The notes under the pieces: generated by a model
Database searches by the model: none
Seen by the model: only the letters and a program-made list of their open reading frames with translations
What the model was told of the DNA's origin: nothing
In this document: one piece after another, positions 12,301-23,500 of the stretch
Position numbering within the stretch: position 1 is the first letter of the stretch
Layout of the letters: each line of letters starts with the position of its first letter
DNA from: Okamejei kenojei
Lineage: Eukaryota
Length of the DNA stretch: 64,000 bases
Reading direction: 5' to 3'
Assembly (NCBI GenBank): GCA_035221665.1
Contig: CM069137.1
Span: forward strand, 76,694,001 to 76,758,000
Program-made: the position numbers and the translations under genes

Positions 12301-14356
12301 ATATTTGATTAACAATTTGTTAATAACAACTGTATTTCAATGTTGAAGATGTTTCCATTTTAATAAAATGTTTTTACACTGTGAAAGTGTATATAAAATG
12401 ATGTTTTGTATGGTTTATACCATCACATCTTTACACTGAGGTAATTTTATAATATATATATGTACGTACCCCTTCTTTATTGGAGTTACTTTGGGTGCAA
12501 ACCTAAAATCATTTTTTTAGGTTTTCTTATACAGGTGAACCAATTTCTACTACAATTTTTTGTAGTCCTTAGTTATATTAAATTAATGATCATAATACAC
12601 CTGTAATTATGATAATTAATTTTGGAGATTTCATCAACTTATTTTGTAACAAGTTGTTTGCACCTCTTCAACGTACTTCAAGCCTTCTTTTCCCAATTAT
12701 ATGGGTTCAGATAAGGCTATGTTGGATAATATTTATTTATCATACTTTGTTTTGATCCATTATCAAATCTTTATATTGTATCATAATTTTTCCCCCCCAA
12801 AGTTTAAAGACCAATAGTCTGTTCTTTTGTAATCAATGTTTTGATTTATCATAAGGCAGGTTTTATTCCATAATAATCAGGAGTTTAACATAACCTGATT
12901 TGTATTGATCTGCAAATCTAGAGTGCAGATTAGGTCCCTATACAATTACATATATATAACTAAAATTAATATTATATATTTCTTCCCATTGAGCTCCACA
13001 AACTGATGGCAATTTATTTTTATTTTAAATGTATTGGTTATTTGCACAATGTTTTCCATTGAATAGTGATGCCATGCACCAGTTTGAAATACTTTGAAAT
13101 CGTATTTCCTTATATCTCATATAATTGAGACATGGATATCATAAACGGATTCACCGTTGATATCCTTATAAAACATAAAAGTTTTATCATATTCTGCTGT
13201 TTCAACCATAACAGCTTTGGTGAGACCAATTAATTTTTGGTTTCCATGTTTACTTTCCATGGCCTCACTCATTCATTCGGGTATCGTACCTAGTACACCT
13301 CTATATATATATTTTGTGCTGAGGTGTACCTGAATAAAACATAAAAGTTTTATTTTATTCTGCTGTTTTAACCATAACAGCTTTAGTGAGAGACCAACTA
13401 ATTTTGGTTTCCATGGTTATTTTCCATGGCCTCACTTCTTATTCAGGTGTNNNNNNNNNNNNNNNNNNNNNNNNNNNNNNNNNNNNNNNNNNNNNNNNNN
13501 NNNNNNNNNNNNNNNNNNNNNNNNNNNNNNNNNNNNNNNNNNNNNNNNNNNNNNNNNNNNNNNNNNNNNNNNNNNNNNNNNNNNNNNNNNNNNNNNNNNN
13601 NNNNNNNNNNNNNNTTATGACCAGCCACCACTATCAGTGCACTTTTAGGGTCAGTTTTCCATTTTGTTTTTACTGCCCTTGTTACTCCTGAGTTTTTCCC
13701 TCAAGGAGACTACCTCCAAACATATCTGAGGTAGATATTTCCACAATATTTCATCATATATATTAATATATGAAACCCCCTTAGGGTAGGTTAGGGAATG
13801 TTTTTGGGCCTTTTAACCCTTTTTGGTTGAATTATTGATTTTTTTTTTTTTTTTTGGAATCTTTTTCCATTATTTTTTAGTCTGAAGGCCTTTTATTGAA
13901 CCTTTTAAATTATGGCCTTTCTGACTTTATTAAATTCCCCCCCCCCCCCCCCCCCCCCGCCAAAAGTTTGTTGGAGCGATTAAAAATCTTCCTAACGTAA
14001 TTTTGACGGCCACCGGTATAGGAACCGGCTCCGTAATCTCCCGTCCCGATCGCTTCCCCTGGGACGTTCTTTTAAAAATCTGTTGTTTTTAATCAGAGTA
14101 TTTCCTTTTTATTTTATTTTAACTTTTACTTATTTTTTGCTTTTAAAATTCGTTTTAAATCCTGGTGTTCAATACCAGCCACAGAGGTTTTAGACCCTGA
14201 AAGGTTTTCAACTGTACTTGCCTGCGGGCCCGTACCTACCGCTGTCGAGGAGCTGCCTCTGCAGCTCATGCTCTGCCGTCAGCGTCGACGTAATGCCGTT
14301 CCAGCGCCAGGCGGGGCTTCTTCACGTAGTCACTCACGTGACTCCGAAGTAAAATA
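9345..14356 (-). mobile_element. DIRS1-type tyrosine-recombinase retrotransposon: intact termini and ICR, decayed RT/MT/YR
   Basis: Perfect 36-bp ITR 9418-9453 / 14293-14328; ICR 9573-9685 complementary to both ends; relics VYLDH (12130-12141) and LLITHKKPH..SRWLK..HSVK (10065-10204). Confidence 0.9.
13168..13440. repeat. imperfect 166-bp-period duplication next to an assembly gap (N 13451-13614)
   Basis: ATAAAACATAAAAGTTTT...CCATGGCCTCACT begins at both 13168 and 13334. Confidence 0.85.
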
Positions 14357-14537
14357 ACCCATTATCTGTTATTTGCACTTTATCAGTTTATTTATTTATG
14401 TGTGTATATATTTATGCAATGGTATACGAACACACTGATCTGTTCTGTAGTCATGCCTACTATGTTCTGTTGTGCTAAAGCAAAGCAAGAATTTCATTGT
14501 CCGATCAGGGTCACATGACAATAAACTTTCTTGAATC
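14357..14537 (+). mobile_element. 3'UTR and end of the interrupted Rex1/Babar element
   Basis: Resumes directly after the DIRS end; ends AAGAATTTCATTGT...ACAATAAAC..TCTTGAATC. Confidence 0.7.
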
Positions 14538-14539
14538 TC

Positions 14540-14782
14540 CTCTAGTTTCATAATTTGCATTTCTATCTTTCTCACATCTTTTATGTTTTCATATCTGGCC
14601 TTTGACCAACCATCTGCCTATCAAAAATCCTCTCATCTGTGTATACCAATCACTTCCAGCTCCCCCCACGCCCAGCTACAATCAGTCAGAAGAAGGGTTC
14701 CAACCTGAAATGTCACCTGTCCCATGTTCTCCAAAGATGCTACCTGACCAGTTCAGTTACTCCAGCACTTTGTGTCTTTTTA
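14540..14782 (+). mobile_element. 3' terminus of the interrupted Penelope-like element, with a hammerhead-like core
   Basis: CAGTCAGAAGAAGGGTTCCAACCTGAAATGTCACC...TACTCCAGCACTTTGTGTC, homologous to 26480-26575 (minus). Confidence 0.75.
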
Positions 14783-15069
14783 TGTTAATCTGCTCAATGG
14801 AATTAATATGTTTGGAGAGCCAGTTTATTTTACAATTTAAACATCGGGTAAACTGAAGCCAAATTCACAACTTTGCCATTGATTTCAACACCTCAGTATC
14901 GCATCTGGTTAAACTAGATCTTATTGAAACCTGAATAATTCTGAAGGGGTTTAGATCATTAAAAAATACTGATATTTCCATTGTTATTCTCCACTGGAAT
15001 TAAAATTGTGGTTGACCATGCATTTAGTTTTTAAAATCGGACAATTTTTTAAAAACAAAATTACTTAAA

Positions 15070-15195
15070 TGACCATAAGACATTGAAGCAGAATTAGGTC
15101 ATTCAGCCTATCAAATCTACTCTGCCATGCAACAATGCTGATCTAGTTTTCCCTCTTAACCCCATTCTTCTGCCTTCTCCCTGTAACCTTTGGCA
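15070..15195 (-). mobile_element. CR1/HE1-type 3' tail fragment
   Basis: CATAAGACAT.G.AGCAGAATTAGG.CATTCAGCC...CTGCCTTCTCCCTGTAACC. Confidence 0.65.
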
Positions 15196-15392
15196 CTTGA
15201 AAAAACACTTTAAAACATCAACATTTTTTTCACGGTTACATTTTCAAAATTTATGTGAACTAAAATTCTGGTGCTTTAGTATAGCCAGGTGATGTTACTA
15301 AATGGTTAAAGTATTGTGCGTCACAATAAATGCTTGTACTAAAGTGATGTACGAAATAAGACAGAACATGTTTATAGGTGCGGAAAACATGC

Positions 15393-15398
15393 TTTATT
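15393..15398 (-). promoter_or_regulatory. probable titin polyadenylation signal AATAAA
   Basis: AATAAA on the minus strand about 1.1 kb after the stop, followed by GT/T-rich sequence; proximal candidates at 16364 and 16398. Confidence 0.55.
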
Positions 15399-16513
15399 TC
15401 ACAAACAAATTCAGTTTTACTTTTCTAATTCTCAAGGAGGTCCAATAATATAAACTAAACACTACTTATCTAAATAAAGTTATTGCATAGGGCATTATAA
15501 TGTTGGAACACAGTGTAATTTTCAATGTGCTAATTTCTGTTGTCAATGCCCTAAGAACAAATAACATTAAATATAATTCTACGACTACCACACAAAACCA
15601 GTGCATCCCATGGAAAACCTCCTTGGGTTAGCACTGCTTCTACATAGGAGAACTTGGAATAGTTTGCTGACATGAGGGTATGACCAGGTTGATGTATTTA
15701 TACTATTCAAGAAGTCACCATGCTAGAAACAGGGCAATATGGTTATACAAAGTAATGGCCGCTTATACTTTGTATTCATCATTGATTATCTTGTCTATGT
15801 TAAACAGTGATATGACATAGTCGGTTCATTGGCTGTTGTGATGGTATTCGCAGGAGGGTATTTGCAAATAGCATCACAAGGCTAGCCATCTAATTCCACA
15901 AACTCGTAGGTTGTCTTCAGCAGGGAGCCTCTCCACCTGCTGAGGTATTCTTAGACATCAACATTGCGTTGAGGCACAAATTTTAGTTCCAAGTTAAACA
16001 AGGTAATCGTCCTATTCAAACTTTCCCCTGCTAACTATCAGTTTCAAAGTTGCAATGAAAATCTCATGAAACACAAGGTACAAAACTTGCATAACCGTTT
16101 AGACCGGCTATATACAGTATGTACATGTCACAGAAAATGGTAAAAAATTCCTAAATCAAGTGCAATAATTCTTTACTGCACAATCTATCATTTGTTCAGA
16201 AATTGTCAGGTTCGGTATAAATGCATGGTGTCAAGTCAGGTACAAAAAATAAAATAATATATACAAGTCAGATTCAAGTTCATTACAATTACAATATCTA
16301 TTAATTTTCCAGTTTACACAATGCCCCTCACAGTGGGAACCATTGTGGGGGGATGTTTTTCTGTTTATTGTTAAATTCTTTAATGTTGTGTCTTATTTTT
16401 ATTGCTGTGCTGCAGATGGCAAGTCAAATTTCACTACACCAATTGGTGTATGTGGTAATAAATGTCCTTTGTCCTTTGTTTAGCTTACAACGTGTGTTGT
16501 CAGATTCAAATCT

Positions 16514-16812
16514 TTAAATTGATCTAATTTTAATATTTACAGTGGCAGAATCTGATCCAAATTCATTTGAGAGTCTTAAAGTGTAGCGTCCTGCATCGTT
16601 TTCTTGGACACCTGTAATAATGAGTGTTGTTAGATCATCTGTAGTTTCAATGTGGAATCGGCCACCTTCTACTTCATCAGAAAGAGGTTTTCCTCCACGT
16701 GACCATTTTACTTGAGGCAGGGGTTCACCTGAGAAAGCACAGGCCACTGTTAAAACTTTTCCTTTCTCGATTGTGATATCCGATGGTAAAGCTTCGATTT
16801 TAGGAGAAGACC
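16514..16812 (-). CDS. ttn: titin Mex6 (M10) to the stop codon
   Basis: SSPKIEALPSDITIEKGKVLTVACAF...GRFHIETTDDLTTLII...NEFGSDSATVNIKIRSI* (TAA at 16514-16516). Confidence 0.97.
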
Positions 16813-16913
16813 CTGTTTAAAAAAAAGAAACAAGAGGGTAATTTGTGTCTCTGTCCAGCACACTGGATATAATTAATAGAAAAAAAATTAATGCGCTTTA
16901 GTAATAACATCAC

Positions 16914-17189
16914 CTTTAATACTACCGCTAATCATTCTGCCAGTACTTGCTTCCAACTGACTCATACTGGAATGCTCCATAAAAGAGCTGGAGCTCGATG
17001 ATATCCTCGATTCTTTAAAAGATGACATACTGCTTGAAGACATACTGGCAAACTTAACTTCACTCATGCTGCTGCTGGCCTCTTGCTTGGACATTTGCAA
17101 TGTTTTGGAAGAGAAATGTTCCTGCATCATAGCGGAGGCACTGGCACCGGAGTCTAAAACTACCAATTTTGAAGGTTCTTCAAGGAGAC
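16914..17189 (-). CDS. ttn: titin Mex5 (Ser-rich is7, 276 bp, symmetric phase-1 cassette)
   Basis: LLEEPSKLVVL...KQEASSSMSEVKFASMS...GSIK; CAG / GTGATG; length divisible by 3. Confidence 0.93.
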
Positions 17190-17369
17190 CTGTAGAACAT
17201 AGAGTATCACGCATCACACGATAATTGATCAAGGAAAACCATCAACATATTTGCATCTAGTTTAAATTTTAAATCGTGTACAGTATTTTCAAGTGAAACT
17301 TTGTTCTATGTTGTACTAAAGGATGTTCTATAAAATGCCAAGATAATAAACAGAGAATAAGAGGTGGTG

Positions 17370-20204
17370 GGTTTCTTAGATATGTATATGTTAATGCTAG
17401 GAGAATTGTAAGAAAGGTGGATGAGCTTAGAGCCTGGATTGACACCTGGAAGTATGATGTTGTGGCGATTAGTGAAACATGGTTGCAGGATGGCTGTGAT
17501 TGGAAACTAAATATTCCAGGATTTCGTTGCTTCAGGTGTGATGGAATTGGAGGGGCAAGAGGTGGAGGTGTTGCATCGCTTGTCAGGGAAGATATTACAG
17601 CAGTGCTTTGGCAGGATAGATTAGAGGGCTCGTCTATGGAGGCTATTTGGGTGGAACTGAGAAATGGGAAAGGTGTAGCAACTCTTATAGGGGTGTATTA
17701 TAGACCGCCTAATGGGGAGTGAGAATTGGAAGAGCAAATATGTAAGGAGATAGTAGATATTAGTAGTAAGCACAAGGTAGTGATTGTGAGAGATTTCAAT
17801 TTTCCACACATAGACTGGGAAACACATTTTGTAAAAGGGCTGGATGGTTTGGAGTTTGTAAAATGTGTGCAGGTTAGTTTATTTGCAGCAATACATAGAG
17901 GTACCTACTAGAGAAGGGGTAGTGCTGGACCTCCTGTTAGGAAATGAGACAGGTCAGGTGGTGGAGGTATGTGTTGGGGAGCACTTCGGGTCCAGTGATC
18001 CAGGGTTCAATATAATTATGGTGAAGGTCAGAACTGGTCAGAAGGTCAGAGAAGGGTTGAGATTTTTGATTGGAGAAAGGCTAACTTTGAGGAGATGCGA
18101 AAGGATTTAAAAGGAGTAAATTGGGACATTTTGTTTTATGGGAAGGATGTAGTAGAGAAATGGAGGACATTTAAAGGTGACATTTTAAGAGTACAGAATC
18201 TTTATGTCCCTGTTTGGTTGAAAAGAAAGAGTAATAATTGGAAAGAGCCATGGTTTTCAAGGGAAATTGGTTCAGAAAAAGAGAGAGATTACAATAATTA
18301 TAGGCAGCATGAAGTAAATTAGGTGCTTGAGTATAGAGAATGTAAAAAGAATCTTAAGAAATAAATTAGAAAAGAAGATATGAGGTTGCTTTGGCAAGTA
18401 AGGCGAAAGTCAATCCAAAGGGTTTGCTACAGCTATATTAATAGCAAAAGGATAACGAGGGATAAAATTGGTCTATTAGAGAGTCAGAGTGGACAGCTAT
18501 CTGCAGAGCCAAAAGAGATGGGGGAGATATTGAACAATTTATGTTCTTCGGTATTCACCAAGGAGAAGGATATTGAATTATGTGAGGTAAGGGAAACAAG
18601 TAGAGTAGCTATGGAAACTATGAGGATCAAAGAAGAGGAAGTACTGACACTTTTGAAAAATATAAAAGTGGATAAGTCTCCAGGTCCTGACAGGATATTC
18701 CCTAGGACATTGAGGGGAGTTAGTGTAGAAATAGCAGGGGCTATGACAGAAATATTTCAAATGACATTAGAAATGGGAATGGTGCCGGAGGATTGGCGTA
18801 CTGCGCATGTTGTTCCATTATTTAAAAAGGGTTCTAAGAGTAAACCTAGCAATTATGTAAACCTGTTAGTTTAACGTCAGTGGTGGGCAAATTAATGGAA
18901 AGGATACTTAGAGATAATATATATAATCATCTGGATAACAGGGTCTGATTAGGAACAGTCAACATGGATTTGTGCCTGGAAGGTCATGTTTGACTAATCT
19001 TCTTGAATTTTTTGAAGAGGTTACTAGGGAAAATGATGAGGGTAAAGCGGTGGATGTTGTCTATATGGACTTCAGTAAGGCCTTTGACAAGGTTCCACAA
19101 GGTTGGTTAAGAAGGTTCAATTGTTGGGTATTAATAGTGGAGTAGCAAGATGGATTCAACAGTGGCGGAATGGGAGATGCCAGAGAGTAATGGTGGATAA
19201 CTATTTGTCAGGTTGGAGGCCGGTGACTAGTGGGGTGCCTCAGGGATCTGTGTAGGGTCCATTGTTGTCTGTCATATACATCAATGATCTGGATGAAGGT
19301 GTGGTAAATTGGATTAGTAAGTATGCAGATGATACTATGATAGGTGGTATTGTGGATAATGAAGTCGACAGAGAGATTTAAGCCATTTGGAAGAGTGGGC
19401 TGAAAGATGGCAGATGGAGTTTAATGCTGATAAGTGTGAGGTGCTACATCTTGGCAGGACAAATCAAAATAGGATGTTCATGGTAAATGGTAGCGAATTG
19501 AGGAATTCAGTTGAACAGAGGGATCTAGGAATAACTGTGCATAGTTCCCTGAAGGTGGAATCTCATGTAGATCGGATGGTAAAGAAAGCTTTTGGTGTGC
19601 TGGCCTTTATAAATCAGAGCATTGAGTATAGAAGTTGGGATGTAATGTTCAAATTGTACAAGGCATTGGTGAGGCCAATTCTGGAGTATGGTGTACCATT
19701 TTGTTCGCCAATTATAGGAAAGATGTCAACAAAATAGAGAGTACAGAGGAGATTTACTAGAATGTTGCCTGGGTTTCAGCACCTAAGTTACAGAGAAAGG
19801 TTGAACAAGATGGTCTTTATTCTTTGGAGCGCAGAAGGTTAAGGGGGGACTTGATAGAGGTCTTTAAAATTATGAGAGGGATAGACAGAGTTGACGTGGA
19901 TAAGCTTTTTCCATTGAGAGTAGGGAAGATTCAAACAAGAGGATTTGAGAATTAAGGGACAAACGTTTAGGGGTAACATGAGGGGAACGTCTTTACTCAG
20001 AGAGTGGTAGCTGTGTGGAATGAGCTTCCAGTGGAAGTCGTGGAGGCACGTTCGATTTTATCATTTAAAAATAAATTGGATAGGTATATGGACGGGAAAG
20101 GAATGGAGGGTTATGGTCTGATGGGACTAGGTGAGAGTAAGTGTTCGGCACGGACTAGAAGGGCCAAGATGGCCTGTTTCCGTGCTGTAATTGTTATATG
20201 GTTA
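17370..20204 (+). mobile_element. near-complete CR1 ORF2 pseudogene in the titin Mex4-Mex5 intron, antisense to ttn
   Basis: VNARRI..KVDEL, AISETWL, GVYYRPPN, KSPGPD, MDFSKAFDKVP, SGVPQGS, YADDT, 3' tail; multiple stops and frameshifts. Confidence 0.95.
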
Positions 20205-20272
20205 AATCAGATTCACGGAAATCAAAATTATGTAATAGCAAGTATAATAATTAATTTATGACACTAACTTAC

Positions 20273-20426
20273 CAAGTACAATCAAAGAGGCTGTTGCTGA
20301 ACATTGTCCATGGAAATTCTTTGCCGCTGCTGTATATTTTCCACTGTCAGAGACCGCTGTGCACCTAATCTCTAATGTATACATGTTTTTCAAACGATTG
20401 ATTTTTATATTTCTTGAGACTGCAAT
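20273..20426 (-). CDS. ttn: titin Mex4 (second half of M9, 154 bp)
   Basis: IAVSRNIKINRLKNMYTLEI...GQCSATASLIVL; CAG / GTAAGT; phase 0 to 1; not in the ORF track. Confidence 0.95.
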
Positions 20427-20502
20427 CTGAAATATAGAATGTCAAATTATTATTTGGATAACTAGATAAATGAGCAAAAACTGAAAATAATTAATTACTT
20501 AC

Positions 20503-23500
20503 AGGTTGGTTGTCTTTTAGCCATTCAACCTCTGGAGAAGGATCTCCTGCAATTTCACAATTAAACATCACCTTTTCTCCTTCATTGACATTTTGGGATT
20601 TGGGCTGCTTTATGAACTTTGGGGCATTTGATTCTTTTTGCTTAATGGTTAAATCAAATTGACATTTAACTATTCCATGTTCAGTTTTTGCTTCACAGGT
20701 GATTGTGCCTTCATCTCTGAAACTGATGGTTTTGATAGTTAAAGTGTGGTCACTTCCAGATACACCATATTGATAGTCTTCTGAATTGGTAAGCTCAACA
20801 CCATTTGCAACCCATTTCACACTGGATGCATTTGGTATGCTGGCCTTGAGAATGGCCTTTTGACCATCAACTGCATTAATCTGTACACGTGTAGCTGTAA
20901 TCTCTGTGTACGATGTTTTCAGTTCCTTTTTCACAATTTGTTCCTGAACTACCTTTGCTTCTCCAAGCGACTTAGCTACAGTTTTTTTCTGAGTAGCTTC
21001 CTTTGATTCAGCTAACTTGGTCACTTTGTTGACAATGTTTTTGAATACTTGACCAACAAAGGAAAAAGTTGTTTTGGAAACTCCTCCCTCACCGGTGATT
21101 TCACAAGTATATTCGCCTTCATCAGTTTCATTAATTCCATAGATACTTAAGGTGTAGACACCATTTGCAGCATATTTCAATTTGTAATGACTGTTTTCTC
21201 TTATTTTACATCCATCCTTAAACCAAGTTAATTCTTTCACATTCAGAGCTGTGCTTTCAACTGCACATGCTAGTTTTACAGAACCATCGTCAGAAACTTC
21301 AGCTTTCAAAGCTTGAGAAATCTTAGGTGGAGCACTTGCCGGGATCTCCACTCGTTCTGCTGAAGGCTTCCTGACAGTTGGTGGAGATTTAACTCTTGGA
21401 AATGAACTGACTGGTTCTGGTGATTTGATTCTCTTGGAAGTTTTTGTTCCCTCAAAAGATTTTGTTTGAGGTTCAGGGACCTTTCGCATTGGCTCTGCTA
21501 CAATACCCACTTCCTTTACCCCTGCCCTTCGTATTGTCAGAGTAAAATGTGCTTCTTGTTTTCCTTCAGAATTTTCTACCATCACTGTATAGCTTCCTTC
21601 ATCAGATGATTGAACTGATGTAATTGTAAAGGTAGATTTATACTGTGTTGTAACAATAAGTAAATGTTTAGAAGTTGTAATAATTCTTCCCCCATGCATC
21701 CAAGTCACAGTGGGTGTTGGCTCACCATCAGTGCCACAAGAAAATCTAACAGATTCTCCCTCTGCTACTGTGACTGATTGTGGTTTTGTTAGTATTTTGG
21801 CAGGAAGAGTTCGCTTAGATGCATAAGCTGCCTTTTCCTTTGAATCATAGAGACCGTAGCTGATCGATTCCTTTATTTCGGATTCTTTTGTTTTAGTTTC
21901 TTTTGTCTCTTCAAATTCTGCAGATTTTCTAATTGTAGATATTTGGTAAAAATCCGTTTTTGTCAGTTCAGGTACAAGTGATTTTGGTGCTTCCTCATCT
22001 CTACGGCGAGACAAGTAGGTAAGGTAGTCACCTCCTGTAATATCTAATGTTGCATAGTCAGAGGCCTCACCTTTATAATTGGAACAAACAACACGATAGG
22101 TTCCACTATCTTCAGCTTGACAATCCAGAATTTCCAGTGTCAGGACACCAGTCATATCAGTAAAACGATACTTGTCACCCTCTTGAATTTCTTTACCATT
22201 GTGGTACCAACTAACTTCAGATTTTGGCTTGGACAGAATATTTAGAGTAAATCTTGTATTTTGACCACGCGGGATGCGGTGAGAACGCATTCTCAAAGTT
22301 ATACGTGGACCATGGTCAAGGCTGAAAGGCTCTTGAGTAATAACTTCATATTTCTCTTCTGAAGTTCTTTGAGATTTTAAAGCAGTTTTCATTGACTCAT
22401 ATCGTGAAAAGATGTCAAATCTAGCAGTTCTTTCAAAGCGTGAAAGTGAACTCTCTCGAGACACAGGGCTGGGTGAACGAGGCCGGGTTCTCTCGGGTGT
22501 GGGTGAGCGTCTTTCTAAACCTTCACTTTCAAATTCGGTAGGACGTGTTCGAGATCTGATCAGTTCAGAAACAGGTCGCATTAATTCAATGTAAGTTGGG
22601 GAAAGTGATCTCCTTCTCCTAAGAAGCCTTGAGACAGATGGGGATTCTTGACGAACATATTGCTTAACCTCGATGGCTTGTTGTTCTTCCTCTTCTGATT
22701 TTGTTACAAATATCTCTCTTTCTCGTCTACGTTTGATCCTTGCTTTTTCCTCATGTTCCATGTACTCAAGTTCTTTTCGGTAGGTTGACAATCTCTGAGT
22801 GGTAGCAACTGGCCTAAGGAGCTCGTCGTCTTCTATGTCTTCCATCATTCTTTGTCTTTGCTTTGGGGGTTTATAAACAGCTTTGTCATGTCGCTGCTTG
22901 AGATCTGTATAACTAGGGCCAGCTTCATATTTGGAAGGGATGTGATATTTTTGGTAGCCGGTATATTTTTCCTCTTTTTGTGCTGCGGCTAATTGTGTCT
23001 GTTTAGATCTTTGCTGAAGGGCTAATAATTCAAAACCGGGAGGGCTACGGCGCGGAGGTGATGCAGAAAATCCTAATTCAAGCTCCTCCTCAAGACGTAA
23101 TCTTTCCTCCTCCACTCTTTTCATTGAGAGATAGTCATCAACAGGTAGAAGTAAATCGTCTTCTGACATGTCCCCAAGTGATCGCCTTCTTGGTCTGTAA
23201 TACATTTCGTAGTCAGGTGATGGGGTTCGCCTCCGAGCTGGTCTTACTGTTTCCAAATCATCTTGTGACAGTTTTGGAATTCGCCATTTGGGTTTATACT
23301 GATCGGTAAAGCGTGGCAATGGCATAACGTAAAATTGCTCCCATCTTGACAGACGAATTCGTTTTGGCCGTTTTGTTACAATTCTTTCCAATGGTGCTGG
23401 CATTTCATATTGGTCTCGCAATTTCCTATACCATTTCATGTCTGACAAAGGCACAAACTGTTTAATATCTTGATTTTCTTCCATTACACTTGCTGCATGA

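Noticed and set aside
13386-13691. ORFs spanning the poly-X stretch
   Set aside because: Artefacts of the assembly gap at 13451-13614.
13936-13958. Poly-C tract (G-quadruplex potential on the minus strand)
   Set aside because: Simple homopolymer within the DIRS; its length is unreliable and there is no functional evidence.
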